A stretch of DNA of 62,954 bases, the filler included, from Thraustochytrium aureum (taxonomy: Eukaryota), in NCBI GenBank assembly GCA_012862495.1. It is 3 parts of 3 records of this genome, joined end to end, with 100 filler letters (N's around TTAATTAATTAA, not from the genome) between each part and the next. Parts side by side here need not be neighbours in the genome. Positions count along the whole stretch, not along the records: positions 1 to 25,435 come from BLSG01000213.1; 2 more parts are not named here. The stretch is one strand, 5' to 3'. Position 1 is the first letter of the stretch. Each line of letters starts with the position of its first letter. Positions 1 through 11,760 of the stretch are shown piece after piece. Both the position numbers and the translations under genes were made by a program. Under the pieces are notes generated by a model. It was not told the DNA's origin. It saw only the letters and a program-made list of their open reading frames with translations, and searched no databases.

Positions 1-2269
1 CATCGCTGGGCTGCCTCGCAAGCGCGCTGGCCAATGGTTTGGGCGCATCCGTTTGACCGCTTTCGCAATCCTCCGCAGAGGCGGACCGCTCGGAGAGCTG
101 GCCAACTGCACCGGCGACGCCTTGGCCCTGCGGAGGCAAGCCGTTGGCCGCAAACGCTCCAACAACTCCAGGGCGCTTGAGCCCGCCCGCATGTTGCGTC
201 GGAGCAGAAATGGTGTCAAAGGGCTGCACTGCCTCGAAGCGCAAGCCGAGGATTCGGGCAGCGGCTGCCGACGGCAGCGCTGAAGGCATGGCGTGCAACG
301 CGTGCAGATCGGCCTCGCTGCAAAAGTAAGGCGGCTGCTCGATGATGCCCCCAGATGGCTGGTTGGACTTCCAAACGAGCAGAACAGGGTCTGCTTCGCC
401 TTGCACGCCGCAGAACCAGCCATAGACGCCGTGAGAATCCGCTGGAAGGTAGGCGAGCGCCAAAATGAAGAGCCAGTCTACGATGAGCAGGAAAATGGAC
501 GAAAATCCCAGGTTGGGCCCCGTGATACCGACTGCAAACAGAGGGTCGGCGAGGACTACGGCAGTTCCATTGCTCAGCACATCAAGTCGGTTGACCCAGT
601 ACTCGACCGGGGGCGCAGACGCGAGCGCCACAGCGACGATCATGATCGCCACCCAGTGGATGGCGGTCACCGCTTGGAAGAACGTGAACCCGAGGTGCGT
701 CGCCCGGCCTGCGGCATACGGGACGTGCTGCAAGGCTTTGCGGGTGTTGGCGATGAGCCGAAAGTTGAGGTAGAACACCGTCGTTTCGACAAGGAAGAGC
801 GCGACCATGCTGAGCGCCCTTCGAAAGCCCACCCCCTCGTAGCTGTTGAGAGAGCAGTAGGTTTGGTTCTCGGCGCTGCAGACACGGAGCACCGTTATCA
901 TGCCGACGAAGGGGACGAAGCTGACGCGAAACTCGAACGCGATGGAGCAGGCCAGGATCGTGGCCCAGTGCAGCACGAGCAGCAGCAGGTATCGCAGCGC
1001 GATCCCGCTCGTGAAAGATTTCAACGAGTCGTGGAACACCGTGCAACCCGCAGACCCGCAGCACGCAGAGCCGTTTGCGCCGTGACGAAGCGAGAGGCAG
1101 GGGCTAATGCACGCGTTATAGCAATTGCTGCATTTTTTCCCGAGAGCGGCTGAGGCTGCCGTCAGTTTTATCCAAAAGGAGCTGGAGCCGCGATCGTCCA
1201 CAACTGCCCGCCCGCCACTGCGCTTGCCTGCGAATGCCCTGGCGAGGAGCGCTGCCTCTTCCTCAATGACGCCGCGTTCCATTTCGAAGAGGATGTTGTC
1301 GCCCCCCTCTGCGCAGACCTGCTCCAGCCCGAGGAGAGCGCCATCCTTTGCGCTCTCGTCGTCGTTGCTGCCCTTCCCCTCCACCGTTTCTGTCCCGACT
1401 CCACGTCGGCTGGAGGGCAGCGTGGAACGTGACTCTCTCGATTTCGCGCCATTTTGGAGCAGCTCAAGCGCGCTTCGGACCGCAAGCGAGCGGCGTCGCC
1501 CGTCCGCGCCCTGAAGGTGAACCAAGGTGCCCCAGAAGAAGAGCATGAACGTGGTGACCGTGGCGTCGAGGATGGTGTAGACGGGGCTAAGGAGGTTCCC
1601 TCCTTGCGCCAGCTTAAACTCGTACGCAAACACGTTGACGAGAATATTTCCCCCGTTCGCCATAGCCGCCGAAACCGCGTTGATGAAGTTGACGGCTCCA
1701 AACGGGCCACAGGCAGGCGAAATGGCGACAAAGCAGATCATGACTATCACCATCACCTGCTCGGCCAAAAGCGGCTGCTGGAGCTTGAAGGACCGGCGAA
1801 GGACGCGCTGGGGGTAGGCGACTATGAGGAACGTGATTGTCAGGGCGGCGAGGACATAGCAGATGCCCTGCAGGATCACGAGCATGTAGTTGAAGACGAC
1901 TTTGCTCAAGCCGGCGACCGCTTCGTTTTGGGTGGGGGCAGGCCCCGCGGGTTTTATCTCCAGCGTCCAAACCGAGCTGAATATGCAAACGAGCACCACG
2001 GACAAGAGGTTGACACAGAGGATGAGACAAATGAACGAGAACAGCCGGTCCACCGACCTCTTCCTCAGCACTTCGATCTTGAGCTGCGGATTTATGTCTT
2101 CCAGCTGCCAGGCGTCTCTCTGATGGAGCGCCAGCGCGCGGCTCGTCATGCGCTTGGGCAAGCGCACGAACTCATTCTCCCCGTCCTCCTCCACGAGCCG
2201 CGTCGCACTTTCCGTGCGCTGGTGCTGATCTTCACGAACGAGCTCTGGCGCGGCTTCCACCGCAAGCAT
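1..2269 (-). CDS. Multi-pass membrane protein, TMEM181/Wntless-like TM region; 3' end runs off the window
   Basis: Hand translation from ATG 2269 (MLAVEAAPEL...) gives an open frame to position 1; it is absent from the ORF track because there is no stop. Several hydrophobic helices are present, with motifs FMLFFWGTLVH, KALQHVPYAAGRATHLGFTFF and LFILALAYLPADS that resemble TMEM181-type proteins. Confidence 0.6.
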   Translation of the reverse strand, partial: MLAVEAAPELVREDQHQRTESATRLVEEDGENEFVRLPKRMTSRALALHQRDAWQLEDINPQLKIEVLRKRSVDRLFSFICLILCVNLLSVVLVCIFSSVWTLEIKPAGPAPTQNEAVAGLSKVVFNYMLVILQGICYVLAALTITFLIVAYPQRVLRRSFKLQQPLLAEQVMVIVMICFVAISPACGPFGAVNFINAVSAAMANGGNILVNVFAYEFKLAQGGNLLSPVYTILDATVTTFMLFFWGTLVHLQGADGRRRSLAVRSALELLQNGAKSRESRSTLPSSRRGVGTETVEGKGSNDDESAKDGALLGLEQVCAEGGDNILFEMERGVIEEEAALLARAFAGKRSGGRAVVDDRGSSSFWIKLTAASAALGKKCSNCYNACISPCLSLRHGANGSACCGSAGCTVFHDSLKSFTSGIALRYLLLLVLHWATILACSIAFEFRVSFVPFVGMITVLRVCSAENQTYCSLNSYEGVGFRRALSMVALFLVETTVFYLNFRLIANTRKALQHVPYAAGRATHLGFTFFQAVTAIHWVAIMIVAVALASAPPVEYWVNRLDVLSNGTAVVLADPLFAVGITGPNLGFSSIFLLIVDWLFILALAYLPADSHGVYGWFCGVQGEADPVLLVWKSNQPSGGIIEQPPYFCSEADLHALHAMPSALPSAAAARILGLRFEAVQPFDTISAPTQHAGGLKRPGVVGAFAANGLPPQGQGVAGAVGQLSERSASAEDCESGQTDAPKPLASALARQPSD

Positions 2270-3054
2270 CCCGCTCGCCTGCGCGCGCGCCGCGTCGAGG
2301 CGCAGGCCTCGCCTTGCCGGCTTGCCTGCACAGTAGCCCCGCCCTCGCCCGCTCCCCGAGCTGGCACGGGTGACTGCACCGCGACCACTGCTCGTGCGCA
2401 CGTGGAGTTTTCCGTTGCTCGTGCGTCATGACAGACGGGGGGGCTTGTCGAAGCGGAGGAGTCGCGCAAACCTGCCCGGGGCGCCGTTGTTTCGTGCAAG
2501 CCGAGCGCCGTGCCAGGAGCCTGCGCCAGTGCGTGCGCATGGCTGCTTCGCTGTGGGTGCCCAGAGATAAGGTTGGAGGGCGAGAAATTGCCACGCACAG
2601 TCTGTACAATCTGTACCCTGAGTACACAACTCCAGCAGGCTCTAGCTAGGTCCAAGGCGCGCCATTGAATTCGTAACGATTGGCCTCAGCCCTGCCGTGC
2701 CTGCTCAGCTCCTCGCGTGCTTCGCGGCGGCACAAACCAGACACCCCATGGCTCGATCCAAGTCATTCAGCAAAAACCGCATCCCGCAGACGCACACCCA
2801 CCCACACGCACATGCCAAGGCGCCGACCTGCGTGCCGCAACCGAGAGAACCTACCAGTACACCGATCAGCACGATCCTGGCGATCGATCCGTCGATCCAT
2901 CGATCAATGCCTTCGCATCTGCTGATGATCGTCGCCTCGCCAGCCCAGGATGGACTGCCTTCGCTGTTCGCCTAGAGGCCAATTGCCCTCGGCGTTCGCT
3001 CCTGTAGATCAACGCACCAGCTCTCGACCAATCTCGCGTGTATCGCCGGCGGCC

Positions 3055-3260
3055 GAGCAGAGCCTGAACGAAGCGAGCAGAGCCTGAACGAAGCGAGCAG
3101 AGCCTGAACGAAGCGAGCAGAGCCTGAACGAAGCCTCGGCCGCACTCCCTCAAGCTCGATCCAGGCGAGCCAGAGCCTGAACGAAAGCGAGCTAGAGCTA
3201 CTCGAGCCCGAACCAAGCCTCGGCCGGCAGTCCATCGAGCTCGATCCAGGCGAGCCAGGG
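3055..3260 (+). repeat. 20-bp tandem repeat (GAGCAGAGCCTGAACGAAGC x4) followed by an imperfect ~55-bp duplication
   Basis: Four copies visible at 3055-3134. AAGCCTCGGCCG...GCTCGATCCAGGCGAGCCAG then occurs twice, just upstream of the MDR start codon. Confidence 0.9.
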
Positions 3261-3284
3261 AGCCCAGGAGTCGCCACGGCCACC

Positions 3285-4464
3285 ATGAAGGCCGTCGTGT
3301 ACAGCATGTGGGCCGGCAACGGGCGCAAGTGGGTCGAGGACGCCAAGGCAGGCAAGGTGGGCCCCGGCCAGGTGCTCGTCGAAGTGAAGGCGGCTGCGAT
3401 CAACCCGGTGGACTTTAAGCTGCCCAAGCTGGTGATGAACGGCAAGGGCGTCGGGCTTGACCTCGCCGGAGTGGTGAAGAGCGTCGGCAGCGACGTGAAG
3501 GGGCTCGCGGTCGGGGACCGCGTCTTTGGCAATGGGAGCGGGTGCTTGGCGGAGGAGGCGGTCTGCGATGAGGACAANNNNNNNNNNNNNNNNNNNNNNN
3601 NNNNNNNNNNNNNNNNNNNNNNNNNNNNNNNNNNNNNNNNNNNNNNNNNNNNNNNNNNNNNNNNNNNNNNNNNNNNNNNNNNNNNNNNNNNNNNNNNNNN
3701 NNNNNNNNNNNNNNNNNNNNNNNNNNNNNNNNNNNNNNNNNNNNNNNNNNNNNNNNNNNNNNNNNATCCCGGACTCGCTCTCGTTCACGGACGCCGCCGC
3801 GATGCCCACGACGTACTTGACCGGGTACCAGGCGCTGATGCGTCACGGTTTCCAAGAGGGCTTCAAGGTGCTCATAATCGGGGCCTCCGGCGGGTGCGGG
3901 ACCGCAGGCGTGCAGCTCGCCAAGGCGCTCGGCGCTGGCGAGGTCGTGGGGGTCTGCAGCGGCAAGAACGAGCAGCTCGTGCTCGAGCAAGGCGCGAACC
4001 GCATTGTCGACTATACGAAGAGCAAGGTGATCGACTGCGGGGAGGGCTACTTTGACTTTGTGTACGACTGCGCGACCGGGAGCGGCGGCGGGGAGGACTA
4101 CCTGGCCGACTCGCGCAAGGTACTCAAGTCGGGCGAGGATGCCGGCCAGGGCATGTACGTTGCCATAAACGGGTCGCCGATGACGTGGGCGCGGCACTTT
4201 ACAGGCATGTCAAAGCCCAAGACTGCGCTGTGGCTCACAAAGCACAAGGGCGCGGACCTCGCCGCGGTGCTCGAGCTTATGGCCAAGGAGGGCAGCACCG
4301 TCAAGCCGATCGTGGACCGCGTCTTGCCATTCACCGCCGAGTCGGTCGAGGAGGGCTTCGCGTACCTCAAGTCGCGCAGGGCCAAGGGCAAGGTCGTGTT
4401 TGACATGGAGGCGGCCAAGACCGCAGCCGCTGCCGGCGACGGGGCGACGCCCTCCCTCGGGTAG
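3285..4464 (+). CDS. Medium-chain dehydrogenase/reductase (quinone oxidoreductase / RTN4IP1-like), spans an N gap
   Basis: VLVEVKAAAINPVDFK, GLDLAGVV, VGDRVFG before the gap. After it: AAAMPTTYLTGYQAL, nucleotide-binding IIGASGGCGTAGVQLAK and C-terminal RAKGKVV. Confidence 0.9.
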
Positions 4465-4574
4465 AAGAACGAACCACCAACAACGAAACCCCAATTTTTT
4501 TTAAAGAAATCGGTTCGCGCAGGTCATCATCTATCGTTACAGTCTGCCGCTCCACCGAGCTATGTGCAGTGCCC

Positions 4575-5740
4575 TCATGGAATCGCGTACTCTTGGAAAG
4601 ACGGTGGCCGAGCCCCTTCCGCGACGGGCTCAAATTGGGCGGATGCACCGCTCGCCTCAGCACCCGCGGCACACCGCAAGGTCGTCGTCCTCGCGAGGCC
4701 AGAAGCGAGGGCAGAGGCGCGGGGCGACCGCGCCGCACTGCCCCCCACAGACCCCTTATTCCGCGGGGAGGGAATGGCTCGAAGGCGAAGGCCGACGCGC
4801 TGCGAGGCGATATCGAAGGCCAGCGCAAGGTTTTCATGCACTTGGCCTCGAACTCGGCCTCGTTCACGTGAAAGTCAAAGTTGATGAGCGAGCAGAACTG
4901 GAGTTCGAGCTTGGCCATCTCCTTGGAGTGGATGCCGCCAATCTTTGCGAACACGTCTACACCGAGCGGAAAGTCGTCGGTGAATTTCGTTGCGGCAAGC
5001 ATCGCGGTGAGCACCACGCGGTGCAGCGAGCGCGCGGTTAGTGTAAACCCCGGGTGCCGTGTTGTAACGCGGTCGATGTAGACCAGCGAGAGGAGCAGGG
5101 ACCGCAGGCCGCGGCTGAGCGCAGAGGTATCTTGATTGGACTGAATGTCGGTTCCAGAGCTAAAGTCCGCCGAGATGGTGCCCTCGTCCCCTGCGAAAAA
5201 GGTGGGCTCCACGCGCGGGTACCTGTTGAGGTAGTACACGAGACGCCAAAGGTACCACTTGAGGGAGACCTTGGGGGCCTTTACGCCCTGGAAAAGGGCG
5301 AGCTCTGGTGGCGGCGGCGGAGGCGGCGCCACGTCCGCGGGCGCAGGCGCGGCAAGGGCCTGGTCGGCGCGGTCGGCCACGTGCTGCAGCATTTCTGCAA
5401 AAACGACGACGACGTCTTTCTGCGTCACTTGGTTTGCGACGGCCGCCTTGCACAAGTCGTCCACGCTGAGGTTGGGCCTCAGCGAGCTCCAGGCGGCCCG
5501 GCGCTCGGTGGCGGCTTCTGCCCGCGTCGGCGTGAGCGCGCAGTCGCTGGCCCCCTGGTCATCGTCCGGCTGCGCAACGGGGCCTTCGTCTATTTTGAGC
5601 TTGTCGAGCGTGCGGACGCGCCGCATTTTGATTTCTCTCGGCACCTTGCCGCGCGCCAGCACCGCCTTGCCGCTGTTGTGGCCCGGGAGCAGCACTTTGT
5701 GGCCGCGCAGCTCTTTCGCCAGGCCGCCGCCCGCGTTCAT
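4575..5740 (-). CDS. PHO80/P-type (cyclin-U) cyclin; probable 1-nt frameshift near 4832
   Basis: APKVSLKWYLWRLV, LVYIDRV, HRVVLTAMLAATKFTDD, FAKIGGI..KEMAKLELQF..LINFDFHV. Adding one A in the AAAA run gives MKNLALAFDIASQ... ending at 4575 instead of overlapping the upstream MDR gene. Confidence 0.8.
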
Positions 5741-6785
5741 CACGGGGCGCGGGCTCCCACGGAGCCCGCGCAGGGCCGGCGCCTCCGGCCGCGCGAGTCG
5801 GCTGGGCGTGAGTGAGTGAGGGAGGGAGCGAGGGGGGTGGAGCGTGAGGTACGGGATGGCCTGCCTCGGCCGAGCGAGCAGCACACCCGGCCCTCAACGT
5901 GGCGCGAAGCGCCGACCAGGCAGGCCGCCAGCGACGATTGCCAGCAAACCCACCGTCGCGCGGCAGCGCTCTCCGCCGTCGAGGTCCGCTTCGACGCCGT
6001 TCGCGCACTGTCGACGCTTGCCATCCGGTGTGCAAGGTGCCACTCCACAAACGCGCCCACTTTCGCGCCCAGTCCGCCCCTTGTGAGGTACATTATTCCT
6101 CCACTGCCTCTCCCCTTGGCGCAATATNNNNNNNNNNNNNNNNNNNNNNNNNNNNNNNNNNNNNNNNNNNNNNNNNNNNNNNNNNNNNNNNNNNNNNNNN
6201 NNNNNNNNNNNNNNNNNNNNNNNNNNNNNNNNNNNNNNNNNNNNNNNNNNNNNNNNNNNNNNNNNNNNNNNNNNNNNNNNNNNNNNNNNNNNNNNNNNNN
6301 NNNNNNNNNNNNNNNNNNNNNNNNNNNNNNNNNNNNNNNNNNNNNNNNNNNNNNNNNNNNNNNNNNNNNNNNNNNNNNNNNNNNNNNNNNNNNNNNNNNN
6401 NNNNNNNNNNNNNNNNNNNNNNNNNNNNNNNNNNNNNNNNNNNNNNNNNNNNNNNNNNNNNNNNNNNNNNNNNNNNNNNNNNNNNNNNNNNNNNNNNNNN
6501 NNNNNNNNNNNNNNNNNNNNNNNNNNNNNNNNNNNNNNNNNNNNNNNNNNNNNNNNNNNNNNNNNNNNNNNNNNNNNNNNNNNNNNNNNNNNNNNNNNNN
6601 NNNNNNNNNNNNNNNNNNNNNNNNNNNNNNNNNNNNNNNNNNNNNNNNNNNNNNNNNNNNNNNNNNNNNNNNNNNNNNNNNNNNNNNNNNNNNNNNNNNN
6701 NNNNNNNNNNNNNNNNNNNNNNNNNNNNNNNNNNNNNNNNNNNNNNNNNNNNNNNNNNNNNNNNNNNNNNNNNNNNNNNNNNNNN

Positions 6786-7991
6786 CACGCGTTTGGAGGA
6801 AATGGCGGCGTGAACGTCCGCAACCCGGCCGAGGCTAGGGGCGCTGCTGTGTTCATGGTGGCGCTGCTGGCCGTCTCGTGGATGCTGAGTGATACGTTTC
6901 CGCTGGCGGTACCGCTGGTCGTCGCCGGGATGCAGCTGTTCCCCGACGCCGTGACGCGCGCGCAGCGGTTTGTGTCCGGGAACTTGTGGGTTGGGATGGC
7001 GGCCGTGGCGGCCGCCATCCTCGTGGCGGCGGTCTCGGGCTGGATGGAGCCCGAGGCAGAGCCCGTGAGAGTTCGCAGCGAACCGCGCGCCGGCCGCGAG
7101 TACAGCGAGGCGCGACGACGGCGCCACGCAGCCGCTGACGGAGCTTCTGGCGTGGGCGGCTTCGACGGTTCGTGGGGTGGCAGCGTGTTTGTCGATTTCG
7201 CCTTCACCGCGTTCCTCATGGCGGTCATGTTTTTGCTGCCGCAGCTCTGGTTCCTGTTGAATCGGTGGATCCTGCGCACCCTTCCAGCGAGCGGGCAGGC
7301 GCGCTGGCGGCAGTGGACCGACTTTATCCGGCCAGCCGCGCCGGCGCCGGGCACAGTCCCGACGTCGCGCCAGGCGCTCGAGGCACTCGAGGATGTCGTC
7401 CTGGAGGAGCGCCACCTGATCCAGGAGGGTTCGCCCGCGGGCATCACATGCCCGGTGTGCCTGGACCACATGAAAGTGGGCAACTGCGTCAAGCGGCTGC
7501 CGTGCAAGCACTTTTTCCACCCCGAGTGCGTTCTGCCGTGGCTCGAAAAGCACAACTCGTGCCCAACGTGCCGCCACGAGCTGCCGACGAACGATCCCGA
7601 GTACGAGTTTCATCGCGCGCAGCGGCGGGAGCGCGAGCAGGAGCAGGAACGCCTAGCGCGGCAGAGGCGCGATCGAGAGGCAGCAGCCGAAACGCGAACA
7701 CCTGGCAGCGCGGTGCGCGGCGGCGGCGGCGGCGGCGGCGAAACGCGGGCCGAGCAGGCAGGCCCGACGGGCAGGTCTGCCGCGGCGAGGTCAACCGTTG
7801 GGGAGCAGAGCCCGGCTGAATCGTCGTATGACCAGTTCCATCGGACCGTGACGCGAGAGGCCGAGCTGCAGCGTTTAATGCGGCTTTCGGTGCTCGAGCT
7901 CAGGTCTGTTGCCCGTCGACGCAACATCAACATCATTGGCTGCGTGGAGAAGGGGGAGCTCGCTGAGCGCATCTTGAACGGGGGCTTGTAG
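6786..7991 (+). CDS. Transmembrane RING-H2 E3 ubiquitin ligase with C-terminal SAP/HeH-like motif; 5' end probably in gap
   Basis: CPVCLD...RLPCKHFFHPECVLPWLEKHNSCPTCRHELPT (RNF126/RNF181-like). N-terminal hydrophobic helices. C-terminal LSVLELRSVARRRNINIIGCVEKGELAERIL. Confidence 0.85.
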   Translation, partial: HAFGGNGGVNVRNPAEARGAAVFMVALLAVSWMLSDTFPLAVPLVVAGMQLFPDAVTRAQRFVSGNLWVGMAAVAAAILVAAVSGWMEPEAEPVRVRSEPRAGREYSEARRRRHAAADGASGVGGFDGSWGGSVFVDFAFTAFLMAVMFLLPQLWFLLNRWILRTLPASGQARWRQWTDFIRPAAPAPGTVPTSRQALEALEDVVLEERHLIQEGSPAGITCPVCLDHMKVGNCVKRLPCKHFFHPECVLPWLEKHNSCPTCRHELPTNDPEYEFHRAQRREREQEQERLARQRRDREAAAETRTPGSAVRGGGGGGGETRAEQAGPTGRSAAARSTVGEQSPAESSYDQFHRTVTREAELQRLMRLSVLELRSVARRRNINIIGCVEKGELAERILNGGL

Positions 7992-8022
7992 AAGCCCGCC
8001 CGCTGCGTGTATTCCTGCTGCG

Positions 8023-8098
8023 CGCGTGCCTGCCTGCGTGCCTGCATGCGTGCCTGCCTGCCTGCGTGCCTGCCTGCCTGCCTGCGTGCGTGCTTGCT
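8023..8098 (+). repeat. (GCCT/GCGT)n microsatellite between convergent RING genes
   Basis: gcgtgcctgcctgcgtgcctgcatgcgtgcctgcctgcc... visible directly. Confidence 0.9.
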
Positions 8099-8155
8099 TT
8101 TCCTTTGTACAAAGACTATTCGAAACAGACAAAAAAATAGAATGTTTGGTTTTGC

Positions 8156-9575
8156 TCAAGCGTCGAACAGGCCGATAAAATCGAGCGGGTCGAGGATTTC
8201 GTCGTCCTCTTCGTTGAACTGCGTCGGCACAAACGCAACGGGCGTCCACGTGTCCGGCGAGCTGGAAGCGACTGCGGGCGCAGACGCCGTGCCCTGCAAC
8301 GCTTGGCCACGGCGGCCATACCCTGTCACCTGTCCGATCGACGCCTCGCCCGACTCGGCCGCCGGCGCGCCTGGGGCCACGTTGGTAGCACTGCTGACGC
8401 TCTTGCCGAGAGCGATGGCGCGGTGCGCCGCAGCGAGGCCGAAAACCCGCGAGGACGACGCCGACTTGACGGCGACGCCTTGGAATGAGGCACAACACAG
8501 CGGGCAGGTGGCCTTTTTCTTCGCCCAGCGCAGCAGACAGCCGGCGTGAAACAGGTGCGCGCAACTGCACGGCGCCACCGGGTCGGTGACGCGCACGGCC
8601 CGCGAATCAGTCGGCGCTGCCTCGGCAAGCACGAGCGCCTCGTCGCAGATCACGCACGAGTCGCACGCCAATGATGCTTCGCAGCGCGCGACGACAGGCT
8701 GCGAAACCGCCTGCTCGCCATTCAAAGAGCCGAACGAGTCGTCAGCAACTGTATGCACCTTGAACCTGATCGCGTGGGCGCCCTCTGGGAACTTGTCCAG
8801 CACGAAATGGGCCTGTGGGCACTCGACGGTGTGAACGTCCGCGTCCTCCCAGGGGCCGTCGGGGCAAGACTGCGTCTGCGTCACGATGTGCACGGTGCGC
8901 TCGTAGCCGGCGACCGTGCCGGTGGCCTTGGCCCTGGCGAGGCGCGTGAGGGAGGGGTGAAGCTTCCAGCTGACGATGGCGAACTGCGCGGAGCGCGACG
9001 CGCTGGCGCCCTCCAGGGCGCCCTCAGCCGCACCAGGGAGGGCGTACTGTAAGACCGTGAGGTCCTTGAGCTTCGTGGGCTCTTCGACGAGCACGCTCAT
9101 TGAAGCAGTGACCTGCGGTGAAAGCCCCGTGCGCTCTGCGTCAAGCGACTCGACCCGCAGCGCCAGCCTGTACACGCCCGGCTCGGCACGCCGAGGTCCT
9201 GCACGGCAGAGCTGTGCAGGGCCGCGGTTCGGCCGCTGAAGGGCGTCGAGGGGAAGTCGTACTCGTGCCCGGTGGCCACGTTGGCACCGTAAAGATAGCG
9301 TGCGACTCGCGCACGAGCGTGTACGGGCCGGTCGGGACTAGCAAAACCTCCCAAGCCACTTCGAGGCGCCCGCCGGCTCCGCGCGAGAGCGACACGATGC
9401 TCGGGCTGGGGAGCTTGAGCGTGCTCGAAGCCTGCGAGACGCTCTTGCGGGCGACCTGGCGACGCCGCCAGTGCTGCGCGCGCAGCCGGGCAACGTCCTG
9501 CGCGGAGGGCGTGATGGCGCTGAGGGCGCGCTTGCGCGAAGGCTGGCCGGCGGCCGCGCTCTCCAGGCCCTCCAC
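8156..9575 (-). CDS. RING-finger protein with FN3-like beta-rich N-terminal regions; frame disrupted around 9180-9300
   Basis: C-terminal CVIC...CSCAHLFHAGCLLRWAKKKATCPLC. Upstream segments (RLEVAWE, PGVYRLALRV, FAIVSWK, IRFKVHTV) look FN3-like. The ATG 9575 ORF and the 8156 ORF are in different frames. Confidence 0.6.
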
Positions 9576-10516
9576 ATCGCTTGTGGCAGGAAACNNNNNN
9601 NNNNNNNNNNNNNNNNNNNNNNNNNNNNNNNNNNNNNNNNNNNNNNNNNNNNNNNNNNNNNNNNNNNNNNNNNNNNNNNNNNNNNNNNNNNNNNNNNNNN
9701 NNNNNNNNNNNNNNNNNNNNNNNNNNNNNNNNNNNNNNNNNNNNNNNNNNNNNNNNNNNNNNNNNNNNNNNNNNNNNNNNNNNNNNNNNNNNNNNNNNNN
9801 NNNNNNNNNNNNNNNNNNNNNNNNNNNNNNNNNNNNNNNNNNNNNNNNNNNNNNNNNNNNNNNNNNNNNNNNNNNNNNNNNNNNNNNNNNNNNNNNNNNN
9901 NNNNNNNNNNNNNNNNNNNNNNNNNNNNNNNNNNNNNNNNNNNNNNNNNNNNNNNNNNNNNNNNNNNNNNNNNNNNNNNNNNNNNNNNNNNNNNNNNNNN
10001 NNNNNNNNNNNNNNNNNNNNNNNNNNNNNNNNNNNNNNNNNNNNNNNNNNNNNNNNNNNNNNNNNNNNNNNNNNNNNNNNNNNNNNNNNNNNNNNNNNNN
10101 NNNNNNNNNNNNNNNNNNNNNNNNNNNNNNNNNNNNNNNNNNNNNNNNNNNNNNNNNNNNNNNNNNNNNNNNNNNNNNNNNNNNNNNNNCGATCCAGCCA
10201 CGCGGCCGACCGCCTTCCTCTCCAGCCCAGCAGCAGCAGCAGCAGCAGCGGTGGCGGCGGCGGCGCGGCCCGATCGCGCGTCCGGCGTGGGGACTCGCGG
10301 CGGCAGCAGCAGCGTCTCGCGCGCTGCACAGCGGCGGCCTCGGTCGGCTCGCGTTCGGGTCTGCTCGCTCCTGTTTCTGGCGCGCTGTCTGTCAAACAAA
10401 CAAACAACAAACAAACAAACATTGACTCGACAGCAACAGCAACAAATCCCAGCCTGTCTGCCTCGAGAGAAGGAAAAGCCCAGAGCGGAATTGAGAGGCC
10501 TCCAACTCGAACACCA

Positions 10517-10693
10517 AACCTAGCGAATCCCCCCCTGGGAACCTGCCCCCGATGTGAGAACGAGCGCCAACCTAGCCGATCCCTCCCTGCTCCCTCCCAG
10601 TCTCCCCCCTTGGGAACCTGGGTACGCTGTGAGAACGAGCGCGAACCTGGGCAATCCCTTACTGGGAACCTGCCCGGGCTGTGAGAACGGGCG
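10517..10693 (+). repeat. Three imperfect direct repeats with core TGGGAACCTG-N7-TGTGAGAACG
   Basis: Units at about 10517-10568, 10569-10642 and 10643-10693 share AACCT.G, ATCCC, TGGGAACCTG and TGTGAGAACG(A/G)GCG. Confidence 0.8.
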
Positions 10694-11760
10694 ACGGTCT
10701 TGGACGAACTCGGCCCGGAACGCCTCTGGGCGAACCGCCGCCGGGAGGGCCTGCGTCCTCAGAGCGAGCTCGCTGGGGACCGTTGTGAGGCGGCCAGTGT
10801 CCGGTGCTGGCCCCCTCACATCCAGCCCGCCGGGCTTCCTTTCTTCCTCTTTCTCCCTCTCCTGTCGATGCTCTCCTTGTCCAAAAACCACGCAAGTACT
10901 AGTGCTCTCTGCCTCACAGTCGCCCTCTCTCGTTTCGCTCCCAAGGCCGGAAAGTATGCCACCGCCTCTCGCGAGCGAGCGATTGGTTGAGAGGGCGGCG
11001 CGGCTTTCTCGAGTTCGCCGGCGGCGGCCACCGGATCTTCCAAAAGGCGCTCTCAGTGCGCACCCTCACAGCCTCAGGAGAGCGGCGCACCCTCCCCCCT
11101 CTGGCAGCGTTCGGCTTTCTGGTGAAGAAGATGCAAATTGATGCATGCAACCAACCAAACCCCGAACTGTTACCCTCTGCGGAGGAGGTGCAAGTCGGGC
11201 AGGAGGGAATCGATCAGGTGTCGATCGATCGATCGATCCATTGGTCGAGCGCGCGGGGATGGGTGGATGGATGGACGGACGCTCGATCCACGACGGCCGC
11301 GGCTGCAGGCATTGGCTTGGTATTGGAGACGACATCCTGTTGCCCGTCTACCGGAGTAGGTACTCTATGGGTAGCGCAGTGGCGCGTTGCTGCCGGCCCG
11401 CGAAGAGTGCGTGCCTGCGGCCAACTCCCCCACTCCAACGTCCTTCCCTCTCCTTCTCTGCCGGCGCTGTCACGGCTCATCAGGCTTCCGCGTTCGTCTC
11501 TCGCGTGATGGCACACAGCGAGCGCAGTTCAGCGAGCATCGGAGCCACTGGTCATTTGAGTCAGTGCCGTTGGCGAGACAGGGGCGGGCGGAGTGGGTGG
11601 AGGAAGCGCCCCGGCCCGTGCCGGCGCGCGCTGTGTCGCTGCAAGCGAGCGTGATCAATGCTTGTTTTGTGCTGCTTCTGGCCTGGCCGCCACACTGGCC
11701 CGGGAGGGCAAAACTCGAATGCCACACCATTGCTCGGAGGCATGGCACCCTCATCAGTTC

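Noticed and set aside
3055..3134. CRISPR or iteron-like 20-bp repeats
   Set aside because: Head-to-tail perfect repeats without spacers.
11208..11240. (GATC)n tracts here and near 2880 as Dam-like methylation signals
   Set aside because: Indistinguishable from the many other simple 4-mer microsatellites in this window (GCCT, CAAA, GGAT).
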